Shown: in pieces, positions 35,150 to 45,397 of the stretch
Layout: each line of letters begins with the position of its first letter
How positions within the stretch are numbered: position 1 is the stretch's first letter
Assembly: GCA_044344255.1 (NCBI GenBank)
Contig: JBIJDH010000012.1
Span: forward strand, 1-64,000
Length of the DNA stretch: 64,000 bases
Reading direction: 5' to 3'
Source of the DNA: Myxococcota bacterium
GTDB lineage: Bacteria; Myxococcota_A; UBA796; UBA2385
Made by a program: the position numbers and the translations under genes
The notes under the pieces: model-generated
Databases searched by the model: none
Seen by the model: the letters and a program-made list of their open reading frames with translations, nothing else
Told to the model about the DNA's origin: nothing

Positions 35150-36235
35150 TCAGCGGCGGAGCAGGGTCTCCCCGCCGCGGGTGACCCGCCCGTGCAATGC
35201 GGCGCCCGGAGGAGCCGCGACCCCGCTCACCACCGCCTGGCCTTGTCGGCGGAGCTCGACCCGCACGAGACCGGGGACCTCCCCCTCCAGCTCGATCCGC
35301 GCCTCGGCCGGGGCCACCAGCGCCGGCCAGCCGCCGAGCGCTCCGCTCCAGGGCTGACCGGCGACGGCGGGGTCCAGGATGGGGAGAGGCAGCTCGTCGG
35401 GCTGGACGACGAGCGGCGCCTCGGGCCGGCCGGGGAGGGCCACGACCACGGCGGGCGTCGGCCCGGCGGCGGCGGTGGCGCGCCCGGCGTCAAAGGTCCA
35501 GGGTCCGATCGGCCGATCCCCGGCCCGCAGGGCGACGTAGGTGAGCTCGAGCGAGGCAGGGACCCGGCGGCCGACCGGGGCGCCGAGATCCAGCACCAGC
35601 CGCGAGAGGCGGAAGGTGTCGGCGGCTCGATCGATCCGGCCGCGGAGGGGGGCGATCTCCCTCCCCTCGCCGAGGGGAGCGTCGAGCACGATCCGCACCA
35701 CCACGTCCTCTCCGAGGAGGACCGAGCCACCTTCGCCGACCAGCACGGCCGACAGCCGGGGCTGCGGGACCAGCGCGGAGAGGGTGGGGTCCGAGGCGAG
35801 CAGCGCGAAGTCTGGATCCTCCGCGACGTCGGAGGGATCGATCTGGTGCGCATCGTAGAGGAGCCGGAGGTCGGTCGCGGCCCCCTCGAGGTCCGCGCCC
35901 CGGGCCCGTAGCGCCGCGCGGTTGTACCGGAGGGTGCGGTCCGCGGGGAACCGATCGAGGCCCGCGTCGAGCAAGCCCAGCGCCTCCCCCGGCTCGCCGG
36001 CGGCCATGACCGCCTCCACCTCCCAGGCGACCAGGGCCGGGCTGCTCGGATCGATCGCCTGCGCGCGGCTGAACGCGGCGCGAGCCCCCGCGGGGTCGTG
36101 CTCGGCGAGCCGGGCCTTGCCCTCCTCCCAGGCCGCCAACGAGCGCTGGAGGTCGGCGTGGGCGGACCCTCCGCAGCCGGCGCCGAGGCCGGTGAGCGCC
36201 AGGAGGCCGGCCAGGCCGAGGAGTCCTACCCTCAT
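35150..36235 (-). CDS. TPR-containing putative lipoprotein
   Basis: Signal ending GAGC; TPR-like AFSRAQAIDP and LRYNRAAL; 4-nt overlap with pgeF. Confidence 0.65.
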   Translation of the reverse strand: MRVGLLGLAGLLALTGLGAGCGGSAHADLQRSLAAWEEGKARLAEHDPAGARAAFSRAQAIDPSSPALVAWEVEAVMAAGEPGEALGLLDAGLDRFPADRTLRYNRAALRARGADLEGAATDLRLLYDAHQIDPSDVAEDPDFALLASDPTLSALVPQPRLSAVLVGEGGSVLLGEDVVVRIVLDAPLGEGREIAPLRGRIDRAADTFRLSRLVLDLGAPVGRRVPASLELTYVALRAGDRPIGPWTFDAGRATAAAGPTPAVVVALPGRPEAPLVVQPDELPLPILDPAVAGQPWSGALGGWPALVAPAEARIELEGEVPGLVRVELRRQGQAVVSGVAAPPGAALHGRVTRGGETLLRR

Positions 36236-36936
36236 CGGGTCGCCCGCCGGCCGATGACCGCCGCCAACCTCCCCTGGCCGGCCCCGTCACGACGGAAGCT
36301 GAAGAAGCGCGAAGGATCGGCGGCGGTGCAGTAGGGGAGCTGATCAACGACGTTCACGCCGCCCTGACGGAGCTGCCAGGCCGCCGCCGCGGCGACGGCG
36401 GCGTGCGGGCGAGGCCCGAGGTCGCGCCGGCAGCAGATCGCCTCGGGCACCCCGGCGGACACGATGCCGGCGATGACCTCCTCTCCCACCTCGTAGCGCT
36501 CGACCCCGATCGACGGCCCGATCACCGCCACGAAGGGCCCCCGTGCGCCGAGCCGGTCCAGCGTGGCGGCGATCACCCCTGCGGCGACCCCGCGCCATCC
36601 GGCGTGCACGGCGGCGACCACGCCCGGACCGGCGAGGAGCACGGGCACACAGTCGGCGATCCGCACGGCGAGCAGCAGATCTGGGCGCTCGGTGATGAGG
36701 GCGTCGCCCTCTCCGGCGAGCCCTGGGACCTCGACCTCCCAGACCACCCGCCCGTGGACCTGAGAGACGAGCGCGACGGGGGCGCCAGGGAGGCCCGCCG
36801 CCTCGGCCACCCCGGCCCAGACCCCAGGCGACGCCCCGGGGCCCAGATCGAGGGGGCGCCCCGCCGTGTCCTGCCGGGTGGTGAAGCCGTGTCCGAGGTC
36901 GGCGCGGCGGTCGAGGAGGGGCGATCGGAGCAGCAC
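36232..36936 (-). CDS. pgeF: YfiH/PgeF (laccase-domain, purine nucleoside phosphorylase) family protein
   Basis: HGFTTR, QVHG, GDALIT, ADCVPVL, HAGWRG, GPSIG, FFSFRR. Confidence 0.9.
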   Translation of the reverse strand: MLLRSPLLDRRADLGHGFTTRQDTAGRPLDLGPGASPGVWAGVAEAAGLPGAPVALVSQVHGRVVWEVEVPGLAGEGDALITERPDLLLAVRIADCVPVLLAGPGVVAAVHAGWRGVAAGVIAATLDRLGARGPFVAVIGPSIGVERYEVGEEVIAGIVSAGVPEAICCRRDLGPRPHAAVAAAAAWQLRQGGVNVVDQLPYCTAADPSRFFSFRRDGAGQGRLAAVIGRRATR

Positions 36937-36942
36937 CGCCCC

Positions 36943-37011
36943 ATCGTCGCAGAGCCGGGGCCCAGGGTCAAACCCCTTCGCTTGACAGGCCCTGGCCTCA
37001 TCCTCTACCCT
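36943..37011. promoter_or_regulatory. Back-to-back sigma70-like promoters, each -10 box 6 nt from a start codon
   Basis: Plus: TTGACA(36982-87)-N18-TACCCT(37006-11)-6 nt-ATG 37018; minus: TTGACC(36971-66)-N17-GACGAT(36948-43)-6 nt-GTG 36936. Confidence 0.5.
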
Positions 37012-37017
37012 CCGCCC

Positions 37018-38796
37018 ATGATCGCGAACTGGCCCACCCGCCTCGCCCGCCAGGGGCCGGGCGCGAACCTCGCCTGCCCAGCCCCAGCGGGTCCTGCCCT
37101 CGCAGCCCTCGCGCTCGGGGCCCTGCTCACCGCCTGCAAGCCGGAGACGGCCCCGATCGGCGACACCGGCGACGGCGGCACCGTCGAGGTCGTGGGCGCG
37201 AGCTACAGCCTCGACGTCACGCTGATCCCGCCGCTCAACGACATGAGCCTCTTCTCCGATGTCGCCAGCCTGCACGTCTGGTTCGAGCTCGAAGACGGCA
37301 CGAAGGTGGAGGTCGGAACCTTCAACGCCCTCTCCGAGGGCGCCGCGGCCACCGACCTGCCCGCCGTCGCCGGGGCCACCCTCATCTTGCAGGGCACGGA
37401 CGCAGGAGGCGCGCCGATCCTCGTCGGGCGGGCGGGCCCCTTCGACCTGAGCGAAGACAAGATCGAGACCCACATGATCATCGGCCGGATCGGCCAGATG
37501 AACTGGCTGCCCACGCTGCCCGAGCCTCGGGCGGGCGGCGCGCTCGTCGCGGACGGACGGGGCGGCTTCTTGTTGATGGGCGGCAGCTCGAACAACCCGC
37601 GCAGCTACGAGTCCGGCAGCGACGACGTCTGGCGCCTGAACTTCCTCAACCCGACCGCAGACGCCACCTGGGAGCCCGCCGGCACCCTTCCCGCGCGCAC
37701 CGGATCCTCCTCCGAGCTCGGCCACGTCGGCATCACCGCCAACCTCGTCGCCGGCAGCTCCGCCTTGGCCGGCAAGGTGCTGGTCATTGGCGGGGCCCCC
37801 ACCTGGACCGACGGGGATGATGGCGCCACCGACCAGATCATCGTGTGGGACCCCGCCTCTGACACCGGCGCCTCGCTCGCTGAAGGCGGGGACGACGTGA
37901 AGATGCGAGGCAAGCGCTTCTTCCACGTCGCCGTCGAGGACGCCCGCGGGCGGCTGATCGTCGGCGGCGGTTGGATCCCCACCACGCGCGGCTTCTCCCT
38001 CGAGGTGCGAGACACCTTCGAGGTGATCGACCCGAGCGTCCCCTCTCAGGAGCTCGTCGCGGGGGCCGCGGCGAGCGGGCTCGCGATGCACGCAGGGGCC
38101 CGCGACGCGCTGGAGAACGTGGTCTTCTGCGGTGGCGCCCAGAGCGGCCCGGCGGTGAGGGAGTCCGATGGTGAGCTCTGCGGGACCGGTGACACCGACT
38201 GCGTGATCATCAACGTCGTGGTCAACGACGCCTGCGACGTCATCAACGCCGCGGGCGACCTGCTCGACGGGATCCCGCTCCCGAGCGGGGGCCTCGTGCA
38301 CCACCAGCTCACCGCTCTCCCCGACGAACAGGTGCTGCTGACCGGCGGCCTCCCCTCGACCGGGACGGTCTTCGACGGCACCTCCGACGTCGCCGTGATC
38401 GGCTTCGCCGACGCGGCGCCGCCGAGAGACGAGGCCTGGCTATGGGACGGCGCAGCCTGGACGGCCGCGCCCGTGCTCGGCGCGGCGCGGGCCCTCCACG
38501 CCGCCGTCCCCCTCCCCGATGGCACCGTGCTGCTCGTGGGCGGGGTCTCCACCAACATGGGCCCCTACCCCACCGGTGATGACGCCCTCGCCTGCGCCGA
38601 GATCTACGACCCCCTCATCGGCGCCACGGCCCTCAGCCCCTGCGACGTCAGCGATCCCTCTGGAGACCTGGAGGCGGCCTCCGCGATGCCGATGACCGCC
38701 GTGGATCCCGAGATCGGCGTCGTCATCGTCGGCGGCCTCGGCCGTGACCGCTCGGCGGTGGACGCGGTCGGCTGGTACCCCTTCCCGGCGGAGTGA
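37018..38796 (+). CDS. Kelch-repeat beta-propeller lipoprotein
   Basis: Lipobox LTAC; repeated R-x-x-H...LPDGTVLLVGG, VLVIGG and VLLTGG Kelch motifs. Confidence 0.8.
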   Translation: MIANWPTRLARQGPGANLACPAPAGPALAALALGALLTACKPETAPIGDTGDGGTVEVVGASYSLDVTLIPPLNDMSLFSDVASLHVWFELEDGTKVEVGTFNALSEGAAATDLPAVAGATLILQGTDAGGAPILVGRAGPFDLSEDKIETHMIIGRIGQMNWLPTLPEPRAGGALVADGRGGFLLMGGSSNNPRSYESGSDDVWRLNFLNPTADATWEPAGTLPARTGSSSELGHVGITANLVAGSSALAGKVLVIGGAPTWTDGDDGATDQIIVWDPASDTGASLAEGGDDVKMRGKRFFHVAVEDARGRLIVGGGWIPTTRGFSLEVRDTFEVIDPSVPSQELVAGAAASGLAMHAGARDALENVVFCGGAQSGPAVRESDGELCGTGDTDCVIINVVVNDACDVINAAGDLLDGIPLPSGGLVHHQLTALPDEQVLLTGGLPSTGTVFDGTSDVAVIGFADAAPPRDEAWLWDGAAWTAAPVLGAARALHAAVPLPDGTVLLVGGVSTNMGPYPTGDDALACAEIYDPLIGATALSPCDVSDPSGDLEAASAMPMTAVDPEIGVVIVGGLGRDRSAVDAVGWYPFPAE

Positions 38797-38810
38797 GCGC
38801 CTCGCGGCCG

Positions 38811-38897
38811 GCGCCCCTTACTCCAAGCGCCCCGCGCCCCTTACTCGAAGCGCCCGACTCCCCTTACTCCAAGCGCCCCGCGCCCCCTACTCGAAGC
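38811..38897. repeat. Four tandem ~23-bp copies of GCGCCCCTTACTC[C/G]AAGCGCCC(C)
   Basis: Units at 38811, 38834, 38856 and 38880; the last unit contains the stop codon of the minus-strand gene. Confidence 0.9.
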
Positions 38898-40206
38898 AGG
38901 GATCGTTGTCGAAGCCTGGCGTGCCCGCATCGACGGCGCCGTCGAGGATCGTGACCTGCACGCACCAGTTGTCGATGTTGTCGTTGAGCTCGCCGGTCAT
39001 GCGCCCGGGGTCGAGGCCGAAGCTGCGGTCGGACTCGATGGGGTCAGAGTCGGTGTCGTCGTAGTCGAAGATGTCGATGTCGGTGCCGTCGGGGCTGGTG
39101 AGCTCGAGCTCGTCATCGTTGTTGGCGATGGCGATGCCGCTGCCATGGCCGAGCCCGTCGGTGGGCTGCTCCCCGAAGGGGTTGCGGTAGAACCAGCCGT
39201 CACAGGCGACGCCGCCGTTCTTGACCGGGTCCATGTTGGCGCAGAGCACGAGGAAGCCGTGAGGCTCGACGGTCAAGGAGGCGTCGAAGGTCCAGGAGTC
39301 GGCGCCGTCGTCGTGGAAGGCGTAACCCTGGACGTCGAGGACTCGGCCGGAGGTGTTGTAGAGCTCGACCCACTCCCCGTCTTCATCCTTGGCGGCGGCG
39401 GTGCTCGGGTTGACCATCACCTCGGAGAAGATGAGATCACCGGGCTCGGGGGGCGTGGGCGTGATGTCGATGTTCTCGATCTTCACCTCGACCATCACCA
39501 AGTCCTGGCCCACCTCACCGTCGGCGTCGGTGACGGAGAGCATGATCTGATGCAGACCCTCGGTGAGGTCGCCGGTGATGAGGGCGGACTCCCCTCCCCC
39601 GGTGATCGCGCCCGTCAACGGGCCGTCGAGGTCAGAGGACCAATCGAAGAGCAGGCCCTCGGCGGGGGTGGTGGTGTCGCTGGCCAGCCCCGTGAAGGTG
39701 ATGGTCTCACCGAGGAGGTAGGAGCTGCCGTCTGCGGGGGCGGTGATCTCGACCACCGGCGCGCCGAGCGGGCCGCCCACGGTGAAGGCGACCTCGGCGA
39801 AGGCGCTGTCACCATCGGAGTCAATCGCGGTCAGGCGGGCGATGTGGCTGCCGAGGCTGAGCTCGACGGGGTCGACCTCGAGGGCCACGCCGCCTTCGGG
39901 ATCGACGATCGCCGTAAAGGAGGCCGCATCGTCGAGCGCCCAGGAGACCTCGAGGTCTTCGGGGTGGTCATAGGTGTCGGAGACCCGACCTTGCAGCGAG
40001 ATCAGCGAGAGCCCCTGGCGGAAGGTCTCGTCGGGCCCCGGCGCCTCGATCACCACCTCGGGGGGCTGATTCACCCGCTTGATGCTGTTGTCGCTCTGAC
40101 AGCCGACCATCAGCCCGATCGCGGGGCCGCAGAGCACCACGGGGATCAAGCCAGAGAGACGAGCGACGGTCGGGACGCGGCGGACTGGGGCGACGTTCGG
40201 GCGCAT
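38887..40206 (-). CDS. Lipoprotein with Ig-like domains and a lamin-tail domain
   Basis: Lipobox MVGC; NQPPEVVIEAP and APVVEITAPADG Ig-like repeats, WSSDLDG; GDLIFSEVMVNP...GEWVELYN...GTPGFDN (LTD). Confidence 0.82.
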   Translation of the reverse strand: MRPNVAPVRRVPTVARLSGLIPVVLCGPAIGLMVGCQSDNSIKRVNQPPEVVIEAPGPDETFRQGLSLISLQGRVSDTYDHPEDLEVSWALDDAASFTAIVDPEGGVALEVDPVELSLGSHIARLTAIDSDGDSAFAEVAFTVGGPLGAPVVEITAPADGSSYLLGETITFTGLASDTTTPAEGLLFDWSSDLDGPLTGAITGGGESALITGDLTEGLHQIMLSVTDADGEVGQDLVMVEVKIENIDITPTPPEPGDLIFSEVMVNPSTAAAKDEDGEWVELYNTSGRVLDVQGYAFHDDGADSWTFDASLTVEPHGFLVLCANMDPVKNGGVACDGWFYRNPFGEQPTDGLGHGSGIAIANNDDELELTSPDGTDIDIFDYDDTDSDPIESDRSFGLDPGRMTGELNDNIDNWCVQVTILDGAVDAGTPGFDNDPCFE

Positions 40207-40310
40207 GCTCACCTTCCTTGCCCCCTCATACATCGGCTCCGCCCCTCCCGGCAGGCGTGCCATACAATCGTTGCGCGGGCGGACCGAGGCCGTGGAGGCG
40301 GACCGCGCCC

Positions 40311-41354
40311 TCAGCCCCCGACCGCCGTGATCACCGGGGGGACGCCCCGGACGTCGGCCGAGCGCGCCGCCTCGGAGGCGAGGACGAGGCGGTAGCCGTC
40401 CTGGTCGGCCCGGAGGGCCCAGCGCAGCGCGGGGACGATGTCGGGGTCCAGGGCGTCGAGCACGACGGTGGCGACGCCCCGCTGAAGCGCGAGGTGGCGG
40501 GCCCGGAGGAGCGCCTGAGCGGCGCCGAGGCGGGAGCTCCCCTGGGCGGGCACGAGCGTGTAGCGGGCCCCGGGCGGCGGCCTCGGCGCGGCGCGCCCGT
40601 TGAGCACGACGATCGAGGCCGCCGGCAGCCCGGCGTCCGCGGCGGGCGCGGCGAGCCCCAGCACGCCGGAGGCGAAGGGCACCGCGCGGAAGGCCTCCCC
40701 CACCCGAGCGCCCACCGCGCCGGCCTCCTGGGGGGGCAGCTCGACCAGCACCTCGTGCCAGCGGCGGGTGGCGTCGAAGGCGGTCCGGAGGGCGAAGGGG
40801 CTGTAGGCCTCCACGCAGACGCTGAGCGGGATCGGCAGCTCCAGCAAGCGGCTGGCGTCGGCGTAGCCGAGGCCCCGGACCACGATCGCGAGCTGGGGAC
40901 GCATACGCAGCGTGGGCTCTGGCGGAGCGACGGGGTCGGCGGCGAGGGTGGGCACCAGCACGAGGTGATAGCGGAGCGCGGCGCCGGCGTACACCCGCAG
41001 CTCGACGTCGAGGCCATCGACCGGGCTCGCGTAGGCCTCCACCCCCTCCGCCGCCGCCGCCGCCCGCAGGCGCTGACCGACCTGGGCAGGCTCGACCCCA
41101 ATCGGCACCATATAGACCCGGCGGCGCAGCCCCGCCGACTCCGACGCCGCCGCCGGCTCCGACAGGCCCTGCGCGCGCAGGTTGTCCACGACGAGGCGGT
41201 CGACCCGCGCGAGGGTCTCGTCGTCGACCGCGTGTCCCCCGATAGGGCCGGACGGGGTCTCCCGCCGCAGCAGCCCGGCGAGCAGGTAGGGGAGGCCCCA
41301 GAGCCCGCCGAGGCCGACGAGGATCAGCCCCAGCACGAGGAGCGCGCGCCTCAC
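40311..41354 (-). CDS. Divergent polysaccharide deacetylase family protein (degenerate)
   Basis: PQLAIVVRGLG, LPIPLS, HEVLVELP; N-terminal TM; canonical position after the S41 protease. Confidence 0.65.
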   Translation of the reverse strand: MRRALLVLGLILVGLGGLWGLPYLLAGLLRRETPSGPIGGHAVDDETLARVDRLVVDNLRAQGLSEPAAASESAGLRRRVYMVPIGVEPAQVGQRLRAAAAAEGVEAYASPVDGLDVELRVYAGAALRYHLVLVPTLAADPVAPPEPTLRMRPQLAIVVRGLGYADASRLLELPIPLSVCVEAYSPFALRTAFDATRRWHEVLVELPPQEAGAVGARVGEAFRAVPFASGVLGLAAPAADAGLPAASIVVLNGRAAPRPPPGARYTLVPAQGSSRLGAAQALLRARHLALQRGVATVVLDALDPDIVPALRWALRADQDGYRLVLASEAARSADVRGVPPVITAVGG

Positions 41355-42655
41355 CGCGGGCTTCGCAGGCGCGCCCAGGCCGCGGCGAGGGGCGGGTCCT
41401 CGGTGAGGCGCAGGGAGAGCTCACCGCCGCTGGGGATGGGCGCGGCGACGCCCTCCCCGCCGATGGTGTCGAGCTCGGCGATGAGGCGGGCACGCTCGGC
41501 CTCGGCGATGGGGAGGGCCGCGAGCTCGCCGCGCAGGCGCTCCACAGCCGGGCTGCGGAGCCGGGGCATCGGCACCACGAGGTCGGGATCGAGGCCCCGG
41601 TGGTCACCGATGAAGCGGCCGCTCGGCAGCGTGTAGCGCGCCTTGGTGAGCCGGAGGGCCGAGCCGTCTTCAAGCTCGTAGATCTGCTGCACCGAGCCCT
41701 TCCCGTAGGAGCGCTCACCGATGAGGGTGGCCCGACCCAGGTCTTGGAGCGAGCCCGCCACCACCTCCGCCGCGCTCGCCGTGCCGCCGTCGATGAGCAC
41801 GACCAGCCGGCAGCGGAGGTCATCGGGCGTGGTGGTGCTGCGGTCGTGGCCGCTCACGATCCCGTCGCGGCCACGGGTCTCGACGAGGGGCCCCTCGGGG
41901 AGGAAGTGGTCGACCGTGAGCACGGCCTCGTCCATGAGCCCGCCGGGGTTGCCCCGCAGGTCGACGATCAGGCCCTGGAGCGGCCCGCCCTCTCGCTGGA
42001 GGCGATCGAGCGCCAGCCCGACGTCGGCCCCCACCCGCCGGTGGAAGGCGTGGATGCGCAGCAGGCCGTAACCACGCTCGAGGAGGGTGGCGTCGACCTC
42101 GACGTCGAGCACCTCATCGCGGGGCACCGAGCGCTGAGAGCGCCGGCCCTGCCGCTCGAGGCCGAGCAGGACCGCCTCGCCGCGCTCCCCTTCGAGCAAG
42201 GCGGCGACCGCCTCCGCGCTCTGCCCCTCGACGACCAGCCCGTTGACCGTGAGGATGTGGTCTCCCACCTCGACCCCCGCCAGGGCCGCTGGGCCCCCTG
42301 GCACCACCCGGCTGATCTGAACCACCGCCCCTTCGAGCCGGAGCTCGACGCCGATGCTCATCCGGCTGCGCTCGATGGACTTGGCCAGGGCAGCGTACTC
42401 TTCGGCGCTGTGGAAGCGAGAGTGCGGATCGAGCTCCGCCACCATCCCCCGGATGGCCCCCTCGCTCAGCGTGGCCGGAGAGATGGGGTCGACGTAGCTG
42501 TTCGAGATGGTGGTCCAGACCCGCGCCAGCGTGTCGAGGCCCGCGTAGGGGCTGGCCCCCTCGGCCTGGGCCGCCCGCCCGAGCACAAGGCCGAGGCTGA
42601 GGCCGCCGACCATCGTCGTCCCGACCAGGAGGAAGGCGCGGGCGACCGAGGCCAT
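41351..42655 (-). CDS. ctpA: S41 family C-terminal processing protease (PDZ domain)
   Basis: LDPHS, PGGPA, DLRGNPGG, TASAAE, SYGKGSVQ. Confidence 0.9.
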   Translation of the reverse strand: MASVARAFLLVGTTMVGGLSLGLVLGRAAQAEGASPYAGLDTLARVWTTISNSYVDPISPATLSEGAIRGMVAELDPHSRFHSAEEYAALAKSIERSRMSIGVELRLEGAVVQISRVVPGGPAALAGVEVGDHILTVNGLVVEGQSAEAVAALLEGERGEAVLLGLERQGRRSQRSVPRDEVLDVEVDATLLERGYGLLRIHAFHRRVGADVGLALDRLQREGGPLQGLIVDLRGNPGGLMDEAVLTVDHFLPEGPLVETRGRDGIVSGHDRSTTTPDDLRCRLVVLIDGGTASAAEVVAGSLQDLGRATLIGERSYGKGSVQQIYELEDGSALRLTKARYTLPSGRFIGDHRGLDPDLVVPMPRLRSPAVERLRGELAALPIAEAERARLIAELDTIGGEGVAAPIPSGGELSLRLTEDPPLAAAWARLRSPR

Positions 42656-42699
42656 TCGGGCTCCATCCCCGCGGCGGCCTCCGCTCGGGGTGTTGCGGG

Positions 42700-43842
42700 T
42701 CAGGGGGTGGACAGCCAGGAGAGGGGGTCCTGGCGGGTGCCATTGTAGAGCACCTCGAAGCCGAGCACGTAGCCCTCGTCGTCGGTGAGGCCGGTGTTGC
42801 CGACGAGGCCGATGACGTCGCCCTTGCCCACGGCCGCGCCCTGGCGCACCCGGATGCTGTTGAGGTGCGCATAGACGGTGGTGTAGTCCCCGTGCTGCAC
42901 CGCGACCGACTGTCCATATCCGCGCACGTAGTCGGCGAGGCGCACGACCCCCTCGTGCACGACCCGCACGGGCACACCATAGTCGGCGGAGATGCCGATC
43001 CCGGTGTGGTCCTCCATCGCCCCCGTGCGCGGGTTCACCTGACGGCCGAAGCGGCTCGTCAGGCGGCCGCTCACGGGCCAGGAGAGCTTGCCGTAGCGGT
43101 CGCGGAAGCCGGCCCCGACGCTGGGATCGACGGGCGCCGACACGACCTCGCCCGGTGAGCGGCTGAGGCTGTGGCCGAGCTGACTGCGGCTCACGCCGAG
43201 CTCTCCGTAGGCCTGCACGGCGAGGCTCCGCTGGCTGCGCAGGCGGCCGAGGACCTCGAGGCGACGGGCGCGCTCGTCGCGGAGGGAGGCCTCCTGGAGC
43301 TGAAGCTCGGCCCGCAGCGCCGAGATCGCAGCGGCGTCTCGCTCGAAGAGGGAGAGCGCCTCCTTCTTCTCGGCCAGCGTCGCCCGAAAGGCGCTGATCT
43401 GGTCCGCTCCGGCCCGCACCACCGCCAGCAGGTAGACGGACTGCCGCCGGAGGGCCGTGGGGTCTTGCGCGCCGAAGACGGCCCGAGCGAGCCCCCGTTT
43501 GTGCAGGCGATAGAGCAGGTTCACCCTGACCGCGAGCTCACCGCGCTGGCGATCGGTCCGCGCCTCCGCGGCCCGCAGGGCCTCCTCGTGGCGGCGGCGG
43601 CTCTCCTCGAGGGTCGTCACCTGGGCCTCGATGTCGAGCAGCCGCGCCTCGACCTCGATGAGCCGCTGGTCGACGTCGCCCAAGGCGTCGAGCACGCTGC
43701 TCTCTTCGTCCAGGCGCCGCTCCAGGCCGGAGGGGTCCGGGGCGGCGTCGCTGAAGCGGAGGGGGCTGACCGGCGCCGGCTGACCCCGGGTGGCCGCCCC
43801 GCCGAGGAGCCAGAGGAGGGCCACGGTCGCCGCCGCGCTCAT
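42700..43842 (-). CDS. envC: Murein hydrolase activator EnvC-like protein (coiled coil plus M23 domain)
   Basis: Coiled coil, LSWPVSG, HTGIGI, YTTVYAHL, VGNTG; downstream of ftsEX. Confidence 0.85.
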   Translation of the reverse strand: MSAAATVALLWLLGGAATRGQPAPVSPLRFSDAAPDPSGLERRLDEESSVLDALGDVDQRLIEVEARLLDIEAQVTTLEESRRRHEEALRAAEARTDRQRGELAVRVNLLYRLHKRGLARAVFGAQDPTALRRQSVYLLAVVRAGADQISAFRATLAEKKEALSLFERDAAAISALRAELQLQEASLRDERARRLEVLGRLRSQRSLAVQAYGELGVSRSQLGHSLSRSPGEVVSAPVDPSVGAGFRDRYGKLSWPVSGRLTSRFGRQVNPRTGAMEDHTGIGISADYGVPVRVVHEGVVRLADYVRGYGQSVAVQHGDYTTVYAHLNSIRVRQGAAVGKGDVIGLVGNTGLTDDEGYVLGFEVLYNGTRQDPLSWLSTP

Positions 43843-44732
43843 GGCGCCTTCGCCAGGAAGCGCTGCACGGCGACGAGCGAGGCCCCGACGCCGAGCGCGA
43901 GGCCCGCCGCGCCCAGCGTGAGCAGCCAGCTCCCCGGGAGGAAGTGGAGCTCACCGGCGACCTCCAGCTCCAGCACCTCCTGGAGGCGGAGCACCAGCAG
44001 CTTGTGGACGGTCCACAGACTCCCGATGGCGATGATCGAGCCCACGAGGCCGTGGATGAAGCCCTCGATCAAGAAGGGGCCCGTGACGTAGGTGGTGGTC
44101 GCGCCGACCAGCTTCTGCACCTCGAGCTCCTCTCGACGATTGTAGACGACCAGATAGACGGTGTTCGTCACGATGAACAGCGCCGCCATCAAGATGAGGA
44201 AGCCGAGCAGCCCGCCGAGCATGCGGAGGAGCGACAGGAAGGCGTTGAAGCGCTCGATCCACTCCTGACCGTAGTCGATGTCGGTGAAGTCGGGGCCGAC
44301 GAGCGCCTCGGCCCAGCGCTGGACCTCGGCGGGCTCGGCCATCCCGGCGGCCAGCGTGATCTCGAGCGAGGCCGGCAGGACGCCGGGGCCGAGCTCTTCG
44401 AGCACGCCCTCGAGGCCCTCTACCTCACCGATCAGCCAGGCGCGGGCGTCCTCCTCGGAGGTGTAGCGCACCGCCGACACCTTTGGATCATGCGCGAGCT
44501 TGTCCCGCAGCGCGAAGCGGCGCTCCTGAGAGACCTCCGGCTGGAAGTACGCGCTGACGTGGACGTCGCTGCCCCACGTCTGCACGATGGTGTTCAAGTT
44601 GTACTGAACAGTGAGGTAGACCCCCACGAGGAGGAGCGCCGCCCCGATCACCCCCGTTGAAACGGCGTTCAAATAGGCGTTATCCCAAAGGGACCGCCGC
44701 GCGCGCCGAATGATGTGCGGCAGCGTGCTCAT
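43839..44732 (-). CDS. ftsX: Cell division permease FtsX
   Basis: LPASLE, IDYGQEW, NTV...[14 protein letters not shown]...PFLIEG. Confidence 0.93.
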   Translation of the reverse strand: MSTLPHIIRRARRSLWDNAYLNAVSTGVIGAALLLVGVYLTVQYNLNTIVQTWGSDVHVSAYFQPEVSQERRFALRDKLAHDPKVSAVRYTSEEDARAWLIGEVEGLEGVLEELGPGVLPASLEITLAAGMAEPAEVQRWAEALVGPDFTDIDYGQEWIERFNAFLSLLRMLGGLLGFLILMAALFIVTNTVYLVVYNRREELEVQKLVGATTTYVTGPFLIEGFIHGLVGSIIAIGSLWTVHKLLVLRLQEVLELEVAGELHFLPGSWLLTLGAAGLALGVGASLVAVQRFLAKAP

Positions 44733-45388
44733 CCACCGCCCTCGGCGCAGCGGCCCGCCCGAAAGCGGAGGACCCGGTACGGGAAACGCTGCATCAAGCC
44801 GGTGTCGTGCGTGGCGACGAGCACCGTGGTGCCGCGGAGGTTGATGGCCTGCAGGATCTCCATCACCTCGATCGCCATCGCGCCGTCGAGGTTCCCCGTG
44901 GGCTCATCAGCGAGGAGGATCGAGGGATCGTTCACGATCGCGCGCGCCATCGCCACCCGCTGCTGCTCTCCGCCCGAGAGGGTGAGCGGCAGCTCTCCAC
45001 CGCGCCCGCGAAGGCCGACGATGCCGAGCACGGCGGCCACCCTGCGGGTGATGTTCTCTCGCGGCGCGCCGAGGACCTCGAGGGCGAGGCCGACGTTGTC
45101 CGCGACGGTCTGCTGAGGGATCAGCTTGAAGTCCTGGAACACGATCCCCATGTTTCGGCGCAGCGAGGGGAGCTGCCCCCCCTGCAGGCGGGACATGTCG
45201 AGCCCGCCCACCAGCATCTTCCCCGAGGTCGGCCGGACCGCGCCATACAGCATCTTGAGCAGGGTGGACTTCCCCGCGCCCGAGGGCCCGGTGACATAGA
45301 CGAACTCCCCCTTGTCGATGTGCAGCGTCACGTCGTTCAACGCCGGCTGTTCGCCGTAGAGCTTGCTCACATGGTACAGGCGGATCAC
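44729..45388 (-). CDS. ftsE: Cell division ATP-binding protein FtsE
   Basis: [46 protein letters not shown]. Confidence 0.95.
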   Translation of the reverse strand: MIRLYHVSKLYGEQPALNDVTLHIDKGEFVYVTGPSGAGKSTLLKMLYGAVRPTSGKMLVGGLDMSRLQGGQLPSLRRNMGIVFQDFKLIPQQTVADNVGLALEVLGAPRENITRRVAAVLGIVGLRGRGGELPLTLSGGEQQRVAMARAIVNDPSILLADEPTGNLDGAMAIEVMEILQAINLRGTTVLVATHDTGLMQRFPYRVLRFRAGRCAEGGG

Positions 45389-45397
45389 GGGTTGCTT

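Noticed and set aside
33292..38304. Minus-strand 611-aa ORF and the N-terminal extension of the 690-aa ORF
   Set aside because: Antisense to lipoprotein genes; only 36232-36936 (pgeF) of the 690-aa ORF is supported
38811..38897. Possible mini CRISPR array
   Set aside because: Units are contiguous with no unique spacers, and no cas genes are nearby
40207..41823. N-terminal ~540 aa of the 978-aa ORF
   Set aside because: Arg/Pro/Gly-rich out-of-frame overlap of the deacetylase and protease genes; the real gene starts near 40206
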